Translations under genes and position numbers: made by a program
DNA from: Candidatus Poribacteria bacterium
GTDB lineage: Bacteria > Poribacteria > WGA-4E > WGA-3G
Direction of reading: 5' to 3'
Length of the DNA: 64,000 nucleotides
Assembly: GCA_965208245.1 (NCBI GenBank)
Contig: OZ242325.1
Location: 922,609-986,608, forward strand
In this document: one piece after another, positions 19,493-31,296 of the stretch
Position numbering within the stretch: position 1 is the first letter of the stretch
Layout of the letters: every line of letters starts with the position of its first letter
Notes under the pieces: model-generated
The model's input: only the letters and a program-made list of their open reading frames with translations
What the model was told of the DNA's origin: nothing
Databases searched by the model: none

Positions 19493-19882
19493 ATGTCCAA
19501 CATTCCGTCGAATAGTGAGGATAATTTTTTCTCAACTCTGTGGCATTTCCGCGGAAGAGTAAGAAGAAAAACATTTTGGCTTGGGCAACTTTTCTTTGGC
19601 AGCGTTGCATTTTTGTTTTTGATTAGTGGAGAGATAATAGTATATTTATTTTACCAGTTTTTAGTGAGACCTGTGCTAGAAATACCGTTGTGTGCAAAAC
19701 GTTGGCATGACCTCAATGCAAGTGGTTGGTTTGCGGTGCTCAACCTAATTCCATGTATTGATATAATTTTTGTGTTTGTGCTTGGATTTTGCAAAGGGAC
19801 TTTTGGCCCAAACCGATATGGTTCGGATCCTTTAGAGTCCAACAAACAATCGGGCAAAGACAACTCATGCGAAAATAACTAA
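19493..19882 (+). CDS. DUF805 (YhaH-like) membrane protein
   Basis: FRGRVRRKTFW, KRWHDLNASGW, GTFGPNRYGSDP. Confidence 0.88.
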   Translation: MSNIPSNSEDNFFSTLWHFRGRVRRKTFWLGQLFFGSVAFLFLISGEIIVYLFYQFLVRPVLEIPLCAKRWHDLNASGWFAVLNLIPCIDIIFVFVLGFCKGTFGPNRYGSDPLESNKQSGKDNSCENN

Positions 19883-19970
19883 ATCTTTAGTAAACAAGTC
19901 TAAATCCGTCATCTTAACCATTTTGTAGGTTGGTTGAACGGAATGAAAAGTTAACAATAAGGAGAAGAAA

Positions 19971-20204
19971 ATGACATTTTCAAGAGCAACTAATAACAAA
20001 TCTGAATTTAGTTTAGGAATGGATAAGTATTGGAAAAAGGATTATATAGGTGCAGTAGCACATTTTAATGAAGCCCTTCAAGAAGACTGTGAAAATTCAA
20101 ATGCTTATTATTTCAGAGCACACTCACTATACCATCTTAATCGGAAATCGGAAGCAAACCGAGATTTTGCTAAAGCTGCTAAACTCAATTCTCAATTTGC
20201 TTGA
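19971..20204 (+). CDS. small tetratricopeptide-repeat protein
   Basis: DYIGAVAHFNEAL..NSNAYYFRA..A..DF.KA; AGGAG RBS. Confidence 0.7.
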   Translation: MTFSRATNNKSEFSLGMDKYWKKDYIGAVAHFNEALQEDCENSNAYYFRAHSLYHLNRKSEANRDFAKAAKLNSQFA

Positions 20205-20412
20205 TCCGATGAGTAATCATTAATGGTCGTCACATATCTGAGATTTAAGATTTACAGTTCCCATTTAATACAAAAGGTCTCTTGAAGGTTTAACAACAGT
20301 AATCTATAGTAGGAAAACATCTAATCGCTTTTATTAGTAAAGATTGATGCAAGACGTATGCAAGTTCCCCATCTGAATGAAAGACAATTGTGCCCCATAG
20401 AGGATTGAAAAT

Positions 20413-22029
20413 ATGGCAAGAAAAGTCCGACCGGACGAAATATCAAATATACTAAAACAACAGCTGCAACAGTTCGATCAGGACGTGGATGTCTATGATT
20501 CCGGTACTGTTCTGGAGGTAGGTGATGGTATCGCACGGGTGCATGGGCTCGCTAACGCAATGGCGAGTGAAATGATTGAATTCCCGAACGATATCTACGG
20601 GATCGCTTTTAACCTTGAAGAAGACAACGTCGGTTGTGTGCTGTTCGGTGAAGACCAACTCATCCATGAAGGTGATACCGTAAGACGAACGGGTAGATTG
20701 GCAGAAGTCCCCGTCGGTGAAGCACTGCTCGGACGGATGGTTGATGCGCTCGGTGAACCCATTGATGGTTTAGGTGAAATCAACACAGTACATCGGCTGC
20801 CCGTTGAACAGAAAGGGTTAGGTATCGTTCAACGTCAACCTGTGAGTGAACCGCTCTACACTGGCTTGAAGGCTATTGACAGTCTAACACCTATCGGTAG
20901 AGGACAACGTGAACTGATTATCGGTGACCGCCGAACTGGCAAAACTGCAATAGCAATTGACGCTATTCTGAGTCAGAGGAATACTGATGTCTACTGCATC
21001 TATGTTGCGATTGGTCAAAAGGGGTCTACGCTTGCACAAGTTGCGAATACGCTTCGTGAACATAATGCAATGGACTATACGACAATTGTGTCAGCACCAG
21101 CAAGTGCGCCGTCTCCGCTACAATATCTCGCGCCTTATTCAGGCACATCCATGGCAGAATACTATCGGGATAACGGTAAGCACGCGCTCATCATATACGA
21201 TGACTTGACAAAACACGCGTGGGCATATCGACAGATGTCACTACTTTCCCGTAGACCACCAGGACGTGAAGCGTATCCCGGTGATGTGTTCTATCTGCAC
21301 TCACGTCTATTAGAACGTGCAGCAAAACTGAGTGACGAACTTGGAGGCGGATCCCTTACGGCACTACCGATTATTGAGATCTTTGAAGGTGATTTGACGA
21401 CTTACATCCCAACGAATGTTATTTCCATCACGGATGGACAGATATACCTTACAACGGACCTATTCAACCAAGGGGTGAGACCCGCTATTGATGTCGGTAC
21501 ATCTGTTTCGCGTGTGGGGGGTGATGCACAGGTCAAAGCGATGAAATCTGACGAGGTAGCAGGTACGTTAAAACTCGACCTTGCAAGTTTCCGAGAGGTG
21601 GCGGCGTTTGCACAGTTCGGGTCGGATTTGGATGCGTCAACAAGATCACTATTGGATCGTGGCGAGCGACTCGTGGAATTGTTAAAGCAACCACAATATG
21701 AACCGATGCCTATAGAAAGAGAAGTTGCGTCTATCTTTTGTGGTACAAACGGCTATTTAGACGATGTTCCTGAATCTGAAGTCGCGCGATTTGAGTCTGA
21801 ATTCCTACAATACCTTGACAGGAATCATGCAGAACTCCTCACAGAAATTGCTGAAACGGGTCTGTTAGGTGATGAAGTATTAGAAACCTTGCATGCTGCT
21901 GTCAAGACATTCAAAGCGAATTGGAGTGATACGCCACCTGAACAATCACAAGGAGCGGAAGTGAAGACAGAAGAAGCTTCACCAGCGGAAGAAGTTGCGA
22001 CAGAAGGGACAGTGGAAACACCGAAATAA
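20413..22029 (+). CDS. atpA: F1 subunit alpha
   Basis: [44 protein letters not shown]. Confidence 0.98.
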   Translation: MARKVRPDEISNILKQQLQQFDQDVDVYDSGTVLEVGDGIARVHGLANAMASEMIEFPNDIYGIAFNLEEDNVGCVLFGEDQLIHEGDTVRRTGRLAEVPVGEALLGRMVDALGEPIDGLGEINTVHRLPVEQKGLGIVQRQPVSEPLYTGLKAIDSLTPIGRGQRELIIGDRRTGKTAIAIDAILSQRNTDVYCIYVAIGQKGSTLAQVANTLREHNAMDYTTIVSAPASAPSPLQYLAPYSGTSMAEYYRDNGKHALIIYDDLTKHAWAYRQMSLLSRRPPGREAYPGDVFYLHSRLLERAAKLSDELGGGSLTALPIIEIFEGDLTTYIPTNVISITDGQIYLTTDLFNQGVRPAIDVGTSVSRVGGDAQVKAMKSDEVAGTLKLDLASFREVAAFAQFGSDLDASTRSLLDRGERLVELLKQPQYEPMPIEREVASIFCGTNGYLDDVPESEVARFESEFLQYLDRNHAELLTEIAETGLLGDEVLETLHAAVKTFKANWSDTPPEQSQGAEVKTEEASPAEEVATEGTVETPK

Positions 22030-22039
22030 GGACAATAAA

Positions 22040-22661
22040 ATGGTAAAGACCATTGATGAGAAAGTCAATACCGTTTTAGCGCAAAATACTTTCTGGTTTC
22101 AGGATAGAGTGTTTGAGGAACAGTACGAAACACATATTACCGTCCTAAAAGAAACCTTACTTGTATTGAGAAATGAAATTCAAAATCAAGGTCTGACCAA
22201 GAAACTGCTTGAAGACTTACTTTTGAAAAATGAAAACGGGTTAAAGGTTTTGTTGACACTCACGGGATTGTCTAACGAATCCTTTAAGCGGTTAGTTAGT
22301 TTTAATAAACTAAGTTTTAATAAACTATTTTAATAAACTAAAAGAACACGCGCCGACCGAGAAACGCACAATGGATTTTATCATTCCTAATCAAGAAAAT
22401 CCGCAAATTATTATTGAGTCATCACACCTAACAACTACTTCTTCAGGACAAGGTGACAAAGCAAAAACTGAGAATCACATTAGAGACCTACTTAAAGCAC
22501 ATTATCCTAATGCTCGCTTTTGGGGATTTGTTGATGGTATCGGTTGGTATGTTCGGAAAAACGATTTGCGTAGAATGGTTGAAGCATTTGAAGATGTTTT
22601 TACTATGGAAGAATCAGAACTCAAACGTTTCCAACAATCACTAATTGTTGTTTTAAAATAA
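22040..22661 (+). pseudogene. DpnII-family type II restriction endonuclease with internal deletion
   Basis: N-terminal piece to 22333, then C-terminal piece MDFIIP..IIESS..TTSSGQGDK..FVDGIGW; triplicated ttttaataaacta at the junction. Confidence 0.7.
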
Positions 22662-22678
22662 TACTGTGGAGGTATCCT

Positions 22679-23686
22679 ATGGAAAAATTGCTCAATCAGA
22701 TCATTCACGGCGATTGTATAGAAACAATGCAACAGATTCCTTCAGATAGTATTGATGTTACATTTGCAGATCCGCCTTTCAATCTTAAAAAGAAGTATGG
22801 AACTTATAGAGACGAGAAGGACATAAATGATTATCTCAGTTGTTGCAAACAATGGATCCTTGAGATGGTAAGGATTACAAAACCGAGTGGGTCCATTTTT
22901 CTCCACAATATCCCTAAGTGGCTTACATATTATGCTGAGTTTCTAAACGAAGTTGCAGATTTTCGGCACTGGATTGCCTGGGACGCGCCAACAGCACCTA
23001 TGGGTAAAACCCTATAGCCGTCACACTACGGCATTTTGTTTTATGCAAAAAATCAGCGAAAAAACAAGTTTTATGAAATCCGTTATCCACATAAACGGTG
23101 TCGGAAATGTGGATATTTGTTAAAAGACTATGGTGGGAAAAAGAACATTTTACACCCTTTTGGACCTCTTGTCTCTGATATATGGTCAGATATTCATCGT
23201 ATTCGACATAATAAACATAGAGACCCGCATCCTTGTCAACTGCCAGTACATCTTTTAGAACGTATTCTTTTGATGAGCACAGATGAAGGTGACGTAGTTC
23301 TGGACCCGTTCATGGTCACTGGTACAACAGCAGTGGCAGCTGCAAGATTGGGAAGGAACGTTATTGGCATGGATATTGACTCTGAATATGTCCAAATCAC
23401 TAAAAAGAAATTAGCACAAGAATCCCCAACATCTAAAATTGAGGATATCTGGGTAAGTTTCTATCTTGGGGAAATTGTTACAATTGCTAACAAAGACTGG
23501 GAAGCGTTGAAGTCATATTTCGTAATACCAGAAGACATGAGGCGTATTGACTTTGAAAAAATCAAAACCAATGGTGGGTTCGTTGCAACAGTTCCTAAAT
23601 CTCTTCAACTTCCTTTAGATTTTAAGGAAGAAGAATGCAACTGTTATTATAAGGAAAATGGCAGTGACACACCGCAGCAGCACTGA
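22679..23686 (+). pseudogene. N4/N6 DNA methyltransferase (beta class) with in-frame TAG at 23015
   Basis: FADPPFN, HPCQLP, DPFMVTGTT (motif I G->V); the two ORFs share a frame, GKTL*PSHYGILFY. Confidence 0.85.
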
Positions 23687-23703
23687 AAGAAGGATGAATA
23701 ACC

Positions 23704-24580
23704 GTGGCTACATTACGTGAGATACGTCGCCGTATCGCCAGTGTTAAGAACATAGAGCAGGTTACAGATGCCATGAGCGTTGTCGCTGCAGCGAGACTTC
23801 GCCGTGCCCAAGAGAATATCTTAGCAACCCGTCCCTACGCTGACAAACTAAAAACGATACTCGGTCACCTCATATCACAAATGGACATAGAGGAAGAAGC
23901 GTTGACACATCCTCTGCTTGAAGAACGTGATGTGGAGCATGTCTGTATCATTTCGGTCTCTGGGGATCGCGGACTATGCGGTAGTTTTAATAGTAACGTC
24001 ATACGGACGACAACCGAACGTATAGAGCATTACGAAGAAGGCGGTGCAGATGTCACTCTCATCTGCATCGGCAGACGTACACAAGAGCATTTTGAGAGAC
24101 GCGGTTACGATATCACTGACTCTTATATCAATATCTTTCGTCAGCTTGAATTCCAAATTGCCGTGGATGTCGTCCACGAGTTTGAACACCTTTATACCGA
24201 CAAAACAATTGACAAGGTAGAGGTTATCTACAACAACTTCAAGTCTGCTATTCTTCAGACGGTGCTTGTTGAACAACTCTTACCTTTAGAGCCTATAGAA
24301 CCCGAAGGTGATACGTTATTTTTAGATTATATCTACGAACCGAGGCAGGTAGAACTTTTTGAAATGCTACTGCATAAAGATCTAAACATGCAGATGTGGA
24401 AGGTGTTATTAGACTCAAATGCTGCGGAACAAGCTGCGCGAAGGGCAGCGATGCAGAATGCTACTGAAAAGGCAAGAGAACTCATTGATGAATTAATCTT
24501 ACAACGTAACAGAGCACGCCAGACGCAAATCACAACAGAAATATCAGAAATCGTCAGCGGTGCAGCTGCTCTGGAAGGTT

Positions 24581-24582
<2 letters not shown>
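23704..24582 (+). CDS. atpG: F1 subunit gamma
   Basis: MATLREIRRRI, GDRGLCGSFN, RQTQITTEISEIVSGA. Confidence 0.97.
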
Positions 24583-26238
<1,656 letters not shown>

Positions 26239-26355
26239 TTGTCTATATTGTGTTATAATAGTCTCAATATGAACATGAGATTAAACCATATAGGTAGTTT
26301 CCAAAGTACATCACGATATTGGTTCTGTTCTCAAGCGACTCTGAAGAGGTAACAC

Positions 26356-26769
26356 ATGAAACACACAACAAACATTGAATTGGCAAATCGGAAAGAATTG
26401 ATTTTAGCCGAGGCGGGTATTATCAAGCCAGATGAGATTAGGCGAGTGACTGTTGATGACGCAGTCGTTGATACTAGCGCAACTCGATTGTCTTTACCCA
26501 AAACTCTTATTGAACAACTCGGTTTGACACCCGTTGGCAGTCGGAAAGCACGAACGACGAATGGCATCGTAGATAGGATTATCTATTCGGAAGTTAGATT
26601 TACAATTTTGGAACGAAGTGGTACTATTGAGGTAACAGATGTACCGGATAATGTACCAATCCTTGTAGGGCACATGATCTTGGAGATGCTTGATCTCTGT
26701 TTAGATATCAAAAAGGGATTAATCTATAACCCCGATCATGACGACGAATGGATTGAAGATCAGCTTTAG
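26356..26769 (+). CDS. clan AA (retropepsin-like) aspartic protease
   Basis: AVVDTSAT, ILVGHMILEMLDL. Confidence 0.8.
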   Translation: MKHTTNIELANRKELILAEAGIIKPDEIRRVTVDDAVVDTSATRLSLPKTLIEQLGLTPVGSRKARTTNGIVDRIIYSEVRFTILERSGTIEVTDVPDNVPILVGHMILEMLDLCLDIKKGLIYNPDHDDEWIEDQL

Positions 26770-26789
26770 CAAACGCTTGGTAAAATGAA

Positions 26790-27200
26790 ATGCTAAATAG
26801 AAGTTTTCACCTTGAAATACGTACACCAGAAAAAATGATATTTGATGGGGATGTTACAAGCATAACTGCTCCCGGAGTTGAAGGGAACTTTCAGATTTTT
26901 GCGGGACACATCCCCTTTCTCACCGCATTAGATGTCGGTGAAATCCGTGTAAACGAATCAGCGGACACAGCGCGTCATCTGGCAACGAGTGGCGGGGTTT
27001 TTGAGGTGCTACGGTCCGGTGTCACTGTATTGATTGAAACAGCTGAGTGGGCATCGGATATAGACGTTCCACGTGCTGAGAGTGCCCTTACCCGTGCCCA
27101 AAAACAACTTACATCAGATGCAACCGATCTAAATCGTCCCCAAGTAGAAGCTGCACTTGCCCGCGCGCAGAATCGGATTAAGGTTGCGGGTAATTCATAA
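26790..27200 (+). CDS. atpC: F1 subunit epsilon
   Basis: LEIRTPEK, GNFQIFAGHIPFLTAL, SGGVFEV, ALARAQNRIKVA. Confidence 0.95.
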   Translation: MLNRSFHLEIRTPEKMIFDGDVTSITAPGVEGNFQIFAGHIPFLTALDVGEIRVNESADTARHLATSGGVFEVLRSGVTVLIETAEWASDIDVPRAESALTRAQKQLTSDATDLNRPQVEAALARAQNRIKVAGNS

Positions 27201-27234
27201 GTATCACTCCGATCCTATTTCCAGATATAAGAAA

Positions 27235-27474
27235 ATGATTCAGAATGACAAAGATCTCAAAGTAAGTCAAGAACGCATAGCGTATTTTCAAGATTTATTA
27301 TTACAGCTGCGGGTTAAGGCAACACCTGAAGAATTCTCACTTATCTCAACTGGATATCGGACTAAAATTCTGAAAATGCAAGATGAAGTGCTTGAATACT
27401 TGACTCGACATTCCTGTGAACCGATACCTACAAGAGTAACTTCTGCGGAGATATCAGACGTTTCAACTCGCTAA
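27235..27474 (+). CDS. small hypothetical protein (antitoxin-like)
   Basis: MIQNDKDLKVSQERIAYFQ...EVLEYL helical small protein. Confidence 0.5.
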   Translation: MIQNDKDLKVSQERIAYFQDLLLQLRVKATPEEFSLISTGYRTKILKMQDEVLEYLTRHSCEPIPTRVTSAEISDVSTR

Positions 27475-27480
27475 TCTCTG

Positions 27481-27723
27481 CTAAGCAGACCTTAACAATT
27501 TTTCAACATTCCATTTAATGGTTGGTGGCGGAAGTGCTTCGTTTTCCTGACGTGCAATCTGTATCCACTCATCAACAATCTCACACAGTTCGCTATATAC
27601 CTCAACTTTACCATGACAGCACATTCCGATAATTCCTGGGCAGAACCCAATAAAACATTGATCCTCGTCTAACCATTTCACAATCATTTGCCAGGAAAAT
27701 GAAATCGCCTTGCGTTTCACCAT
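27481..27723 (-). CDS. HicB-family antitoxin (orphan)
   Basis: IVKWLDEDQCFIGFCPG..CHG..VYSELCEIVDEWI...LPPP. Confidence 0.7.
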   Translation of the reverse strand: MVKRKAISFSWQMIVKWLDEDQCFIGFCPGIIGMCCHGKVEVYSELCEIVDEWIQIARQENEALPPPTIKWNVEKLLRSA

Positions 27724-27848
27724 CTGTCCGTTTATACTATTAAGTTGTGCCTTGCGAAAATTGAATTTCTTGATGTTTTTTCTGTGATATGTTAAAATAG
27801 TAAAACTATCTGTACGCTTTAGAAATGGTATAACATAGGAGGAATCTG

Positions 27849-28415
27849 ATGTCCAATACGCAAGCGAACCCTGAATCTGTACAGGAAATGCTGCCTCATC
27901 CTCCAATGACAATGGCGGAATTCCTTGACAACGATTTAGAGGGTTATGAATACGTAAAAGGGGAATTAGTGCCAATGGCAGCTGCAGCAATTGTCCATGG
28001 TGAAATAGGATCAAATGTTCACTTACTTTTAGGGTTGTACGTTCGAGAAAATAAACTGGGACGTTTATATTCTCTTGAAACGACATTCCAATTAGGTGAT
28101 CGGGTAGTAAAACCGGATATTGCGTTTGTATCAACAGAACGGTTGTCAAAAGATAAATTAAAAGGTTTCGCTGATGCCCCTGACCTTGCTGTTGAAGTAG
28201 TTTCTCCGACAGATAAGCAATATGATGTTACCGAAAAAGCGTTAGCGTATCTGAAGGCAGGGACACGCCTTGTCTGGGTTCTTGAACCAATTTTGAAAAC
28301 TGTAATGATTTATCGTTCTGAAACAGACTTTACGTTGCTCAACTATGAAGATACCTTAACAGGTGAGGATGTCGTACCAGGGTTTTCATGTCCAGTAGCA
28401 GAACTTTTTGAATAG
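27849..28415 (+). CDS. Uma2 (DUF820) family endonuclease
   Basis: YEYVKGEL, HGEI, KPDIAFV, APDLAVEVVSP, YLKAGTRLVWV. Confidence 0.9.
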   Translation: MSNTQANPESVQEMLPHPPMTMAEFLDNDLEGYEYVKGELVPMAAAAIVHGEIGSNVHLLLGLYVRENKLGRLYSLETTFQLGDRVVKPDIAFVSTERLSKDKLKGFADAPDLAVEVVSPTDKQYDVTEKALAYLKAGTRLVWVLEPILKTVMIYRSETDFTLLNYEDTLTGEDVVPGFSCPVAELFE

Positions 28416-28430
28416 TTTTTGCAGGGCGTT

Positions 28431-28499
28431 ATATCAATTATAGTGAATATTGAAATTAATGATATAAAGTCCTTGTAGGAGCGATCTCCGAATCGCGAC
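28431..28499 (+). mobile_element. truncated MITE end plus GTAG REP
   Basis: tatcaattatagtgaatattgaaattaatga resembles the left end of the element at 32261-32392; followed by gtaggagcgatctccgaatcgcgac. Confidence 0.55.
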
Positions 28500-28501
28500 T
28501 T

Positions 28502-28573
28502 AAAGCATTGATCCTCGTCTGACCATTTCACAATCATTTGCAAGGAAAATGAAACCGCTTTGCGTTTCACCAT
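28502..28573 (-). repeat. duplicated 5' end of the hicB-like gene (direct repeat of ~27652-27723)
   Basis: Near-identical ~70 bp; encodes MVKRKAVSFSLQMIVKWSDEDQCF. Confidence 0.88.
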
Positions 28574-28655
28574 TTATGTCCGCTTATGCATTCGTGATGC
28601 AGGCTATCAACCTACAAAACCTGGCACACCCACAGAATTAATTGGGAAGATACAG

Positions 28656-28937
28656 ATGAAAGAGAATCTTGATACACAGACAGATCCTATCCTTGAGGAA
28701 TGTTATCGAATGAAGGAAGAGTTCGCTGCAAAATTCAAAACACAGAAAGAACTCTATAATTATTTGCAGGCAGAAATCGGTAAAACGCAAAAAAGAGGGG
28801 TGGAAATATATCACCCTCCCCGTAGCAACTCCTCACAAGAAGAATTAACACGGGTTGGATCATCAATAAACAGAAAACGAATTCAACTCGCTAATCTCTG
28901 CATTTCTATCGGACCAAAGTTATTTACGGTAATGTAA
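28656..28937 (+). CDS. small hypothetical protein
   Basis: MKENLDTQTDPILEECYRMKEEFAAKF...; 3' end probably chimeric. Confidence 0.45.
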   Translation: MKENLDTQTDPILEECYRMKEEFAAKFKTQKELYNYLQAEIGKTQKRGVEIYHPPRSNSSQEELTRVGSSINRKRIQLANLCISIGPKLFTVM

Positions 28938-28988
28938 GCGTTCACTGCTTCTTCTCCCATTGGCGATGGTTTGGAATCAATTAGATTA

Positions 28989-29396
28989 TCAAGTAGCATC
29001 CACTATCCAAGGTTGGCTAAAAATTTCTTCCCAATAATCCTCTAAAAACTCTATCATTAAACTTTCTCCCAAATCTCTTCCCTCAAATAGCAAAGTGTAT
29101 TTTATTGTGAGTTTCTCAAGCCACTTTATACAATCATCTAAGTCGTTGAATGTTGGTATCGTTTTCGGTGCTTTTCTGTTGTAGTGAGCGACCCTTTTAT
29201 CCGCAAACTCCTCCAGTTTATCACCGTGTTTTTTCAGTTCATCCAGATCTTCCTGAACCAAGGTAGGATCAATATAATTATAATTTGTACATCCTCCCGT
29301 AAAATGACGATCGAAAGTTTTATTTCCAATATCAGCTGGGTCGGAGAAAAGTTGTCTCAGTCTATGAGGTAGATGCTCATCAAGCAACACGCGCAT
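28989..29396 (-). pseudogene. chimera of DUF5615 PIN-toxin N-terminus and HEPN (AbiU2-like) C-terminal fragment
   Basis: MRVLLDEHLPHRLRQLF followed by unrelated ..FADKRVAH..PTFNDLDDCI. Confidence 0.6.
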
Positions 29397-29595
29397 GAGC
29401 AAACTCCAGAGTCATCTGCAAATAAGCAACTGCCTGCTCACGTGTGACTGTCGGGAAATCATCAAGGAATACATCAAGTGAGTCCCCTGTGACGAGGTGT
29501 TGAATCAGACTTTCAACTGGCACGCGCGTGCCCGCAAAAACTAAGGTACCGTGCATCACGTTTGGATCTTGGGAGACAATTTCTTCTTTCTTCAT
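29380..29595 (-). CDS. DUF433 antitoxin
   Basis: SQDPNVMHGTLVFAGTRVPV..L..GDSLDVFLDDFPTV; GGAGGAG RBS. Confidence 0.88.
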   Translation of the reverse strand: MKKEEIVSQDPNVMHGTLVFAGTRVPVESLIQHLVTGDSLDVFLDDFPTVTREQAVAYLQMTLEFAHARVA

Positions 29596-29816
29596 TTTTG
29601 TTCTCCTCCTCATATCTTTTCTGAGAATAATTTGTCATGCAGTTTTAGCGTTTGGTTAACAATATGATAACCTATTCAATGGAGAATGTCAAGATGTAAA
29701 AACGCTTGTCATATACAAATTTTTCAGGTATATTAACCACAACTCGGTACCAAACGCACATCAAAATAGATTGCAACATAAACAAATACAACACCTATTA
29801 TAAAGGAGAACCACCG

Positions 29817-30536
29817 ATGGGAATTAAAAATACACGTCCACTCCATTATGCGCCGACAGACACGGCGAATATTTACTACCCCGAATCGGATGGATTGCCC
29901 ATGGCTGAAACCGACCTCCATATAGATGAAATCTACCGTATGCGACATATCCTAAAAGCACATTTCGCTGAAAAAACGGATGTCTATGTCTCCGGGAATA
30001 TCATGATGTACTACGAAGAGGGTGACAATCAATCATCTGTCTCACCCGATATACTTGTCTCTTTCGGTATTGGTAAAAAACGCCGCCGTACATATAAAAC
30101 CTGGGAAGAAGGGAAGTCGCCTGATTTCGTAATGGAGTTCTCAAGTAGACGCACCTGGCGAGATGATTTAGATATTAAAAAAGAACTCTACGCCAGAATC
30201 GGAATATCGGAGTACTTCCTCTATGATGCTGAAAGACGCTATCTGCCATCACACTTAATGGGGTATCGCCTTGATGATGGTCGTTATGTTGATATTCCAC
30301 AACAACCTGATGGTGGATTATTTTCAGAAACGTTGAACTTAACGATACATTTGCTAGATGACACTATCGGTTTATACAACCCTGGTACAGAGCAGTGGTT
30401 ACAATCAGCAGAGGAAAGAGCTGAACAAGAAGCAAAGGCAAGACAAAAGGCTGAAGATGAAGTTCAAAAACTTCAAGCGGAACTAAAACATTTGAGAAAC
30501 AGAACACAACGTAAACAAATACAACACCTATTATAA
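29817..30536 (+). CDS. Uma2 family endonuclease, copy 1
   Basis: YPESDGLPMAETDLH, VSPD, PDFVMEFSS, EYFLYD. Confidence 0.9.
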   Translation: MGIKNTRPLHYAPTDTANIYYPESDGLPMAETDLHIDEIYRMRHILKAHFAEKTDVYVSGNIMMYYEEGDNQSSVSPDILVSFGIGKKRRRTYKTWEEGKSPDFVMEFSSRRTWRDDLDIKKELYARIGISEYFLYDAERRYLPSHLMGYRLDDGRYVDIPQQPDGGLFSETLNLTIHLLDDTIGLYNPGTEQWLQSAEERAEQEAKARQKAEDEVQKLQAELKHLRNRTQRKQIQHLL

Positions 30537-30549
30537 AGGAGAACCACCG

Positions 30550-31296
30550 ATGGGAATTGAAAATACACGTCCACTCCATTATGCGCCGACAGACACGGCG
30601 AATATTTACTACCCCGAATCGGATGGATTACCCATGGCTGAAACCGACCTCCATATAGATGAAATCTACCGTATGCGACATATCCTAAAAGCACATTTCG
30701 CTGAAAAACCGGATGTCTATGTCTCCGGAAATATTATGATGTACTACGAAGAGAGCGACATTCAATCATCTGTCTCACCCGATATACTTGTTTCTTTCGG
30801 TATTGGTAAAAAACGCCGCCGTACATATAAAACCTGGGAAGAAGGGAAGTCGCCTGATTTCGTAATGGAGTTCTCAAGTAGACGCACCTGGCGAGATGAT
30901 TTAGATATTAAAAAAGAACTCTACGCCAGAATAAGAATATCGGAGTACTTCCTCTATGATGCTGAAAGACGCTATTTGCCATCACACTTAATGGGGTATC
31001 GCCTTGATGATGGTCGTTATGTTGATATTCCACAACAACCTGATGGTGGATTATTTTCAGAAACGTTGAACTTAACGATACATTTGCTAGATGACACTAT
31101 CGGTTTATACAACCCTGGTACAGAGCAGTGGTTACAATCAGCAGAGGAAAAAGCCGAACAGGAAACAGAGGCAAGACAGAAGGCTGAAGATAGAGCCGAA
31201 CAGGAAACAGAGGCAAGACAGAAGGCTGAAGAAGAAGTTCAAAAACTTCAAGAGGAACTAAAACGTCTACAAAACACGCCTACACCGTCAACGTAA
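30550..31296 (+). CDS. Uma2 family endonuclease, copy 2
   Basis: Near-identical tandem duplicate (733-bp period) with an extra AEQETEARQKAE repeat. Confidence 0.9.
   Translation: MGIENTRPLHYAPTDTANIYYPESDGLPMAETDLHIDEIYRMRHILKAHFAEKPDVYVSGNIMMYYEESDIQSSVSPDILVSFGIGKKRRRTYKTWEEGKSPDFVMEFSSRRTWRDDLDIKKELYARIRISEYFLYDAERRYLPSHLMGYRLDDGRYVDIPQQPDGGLFSETLNLTIHLLDDTIGLYNPGTEQWLQSAEEKAEQETEARQKAEDRAEQETEARQKAEEEVQKLQEELKRLQNTPTPST

Noticed and set aside
23015-23017. Pyrrolysine or programmed readthrough of TAG in the MTase
   Set aside because: More simply a CAG->TAG nonsense change; motif I is also mutated and the partner REase is deleted
27724-28149. N-terminal 142 aa of the 222-aa minus-strand ORF
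   Set aside because: Antisense shadow of Uma2; only the last 80 aa are HicB-like
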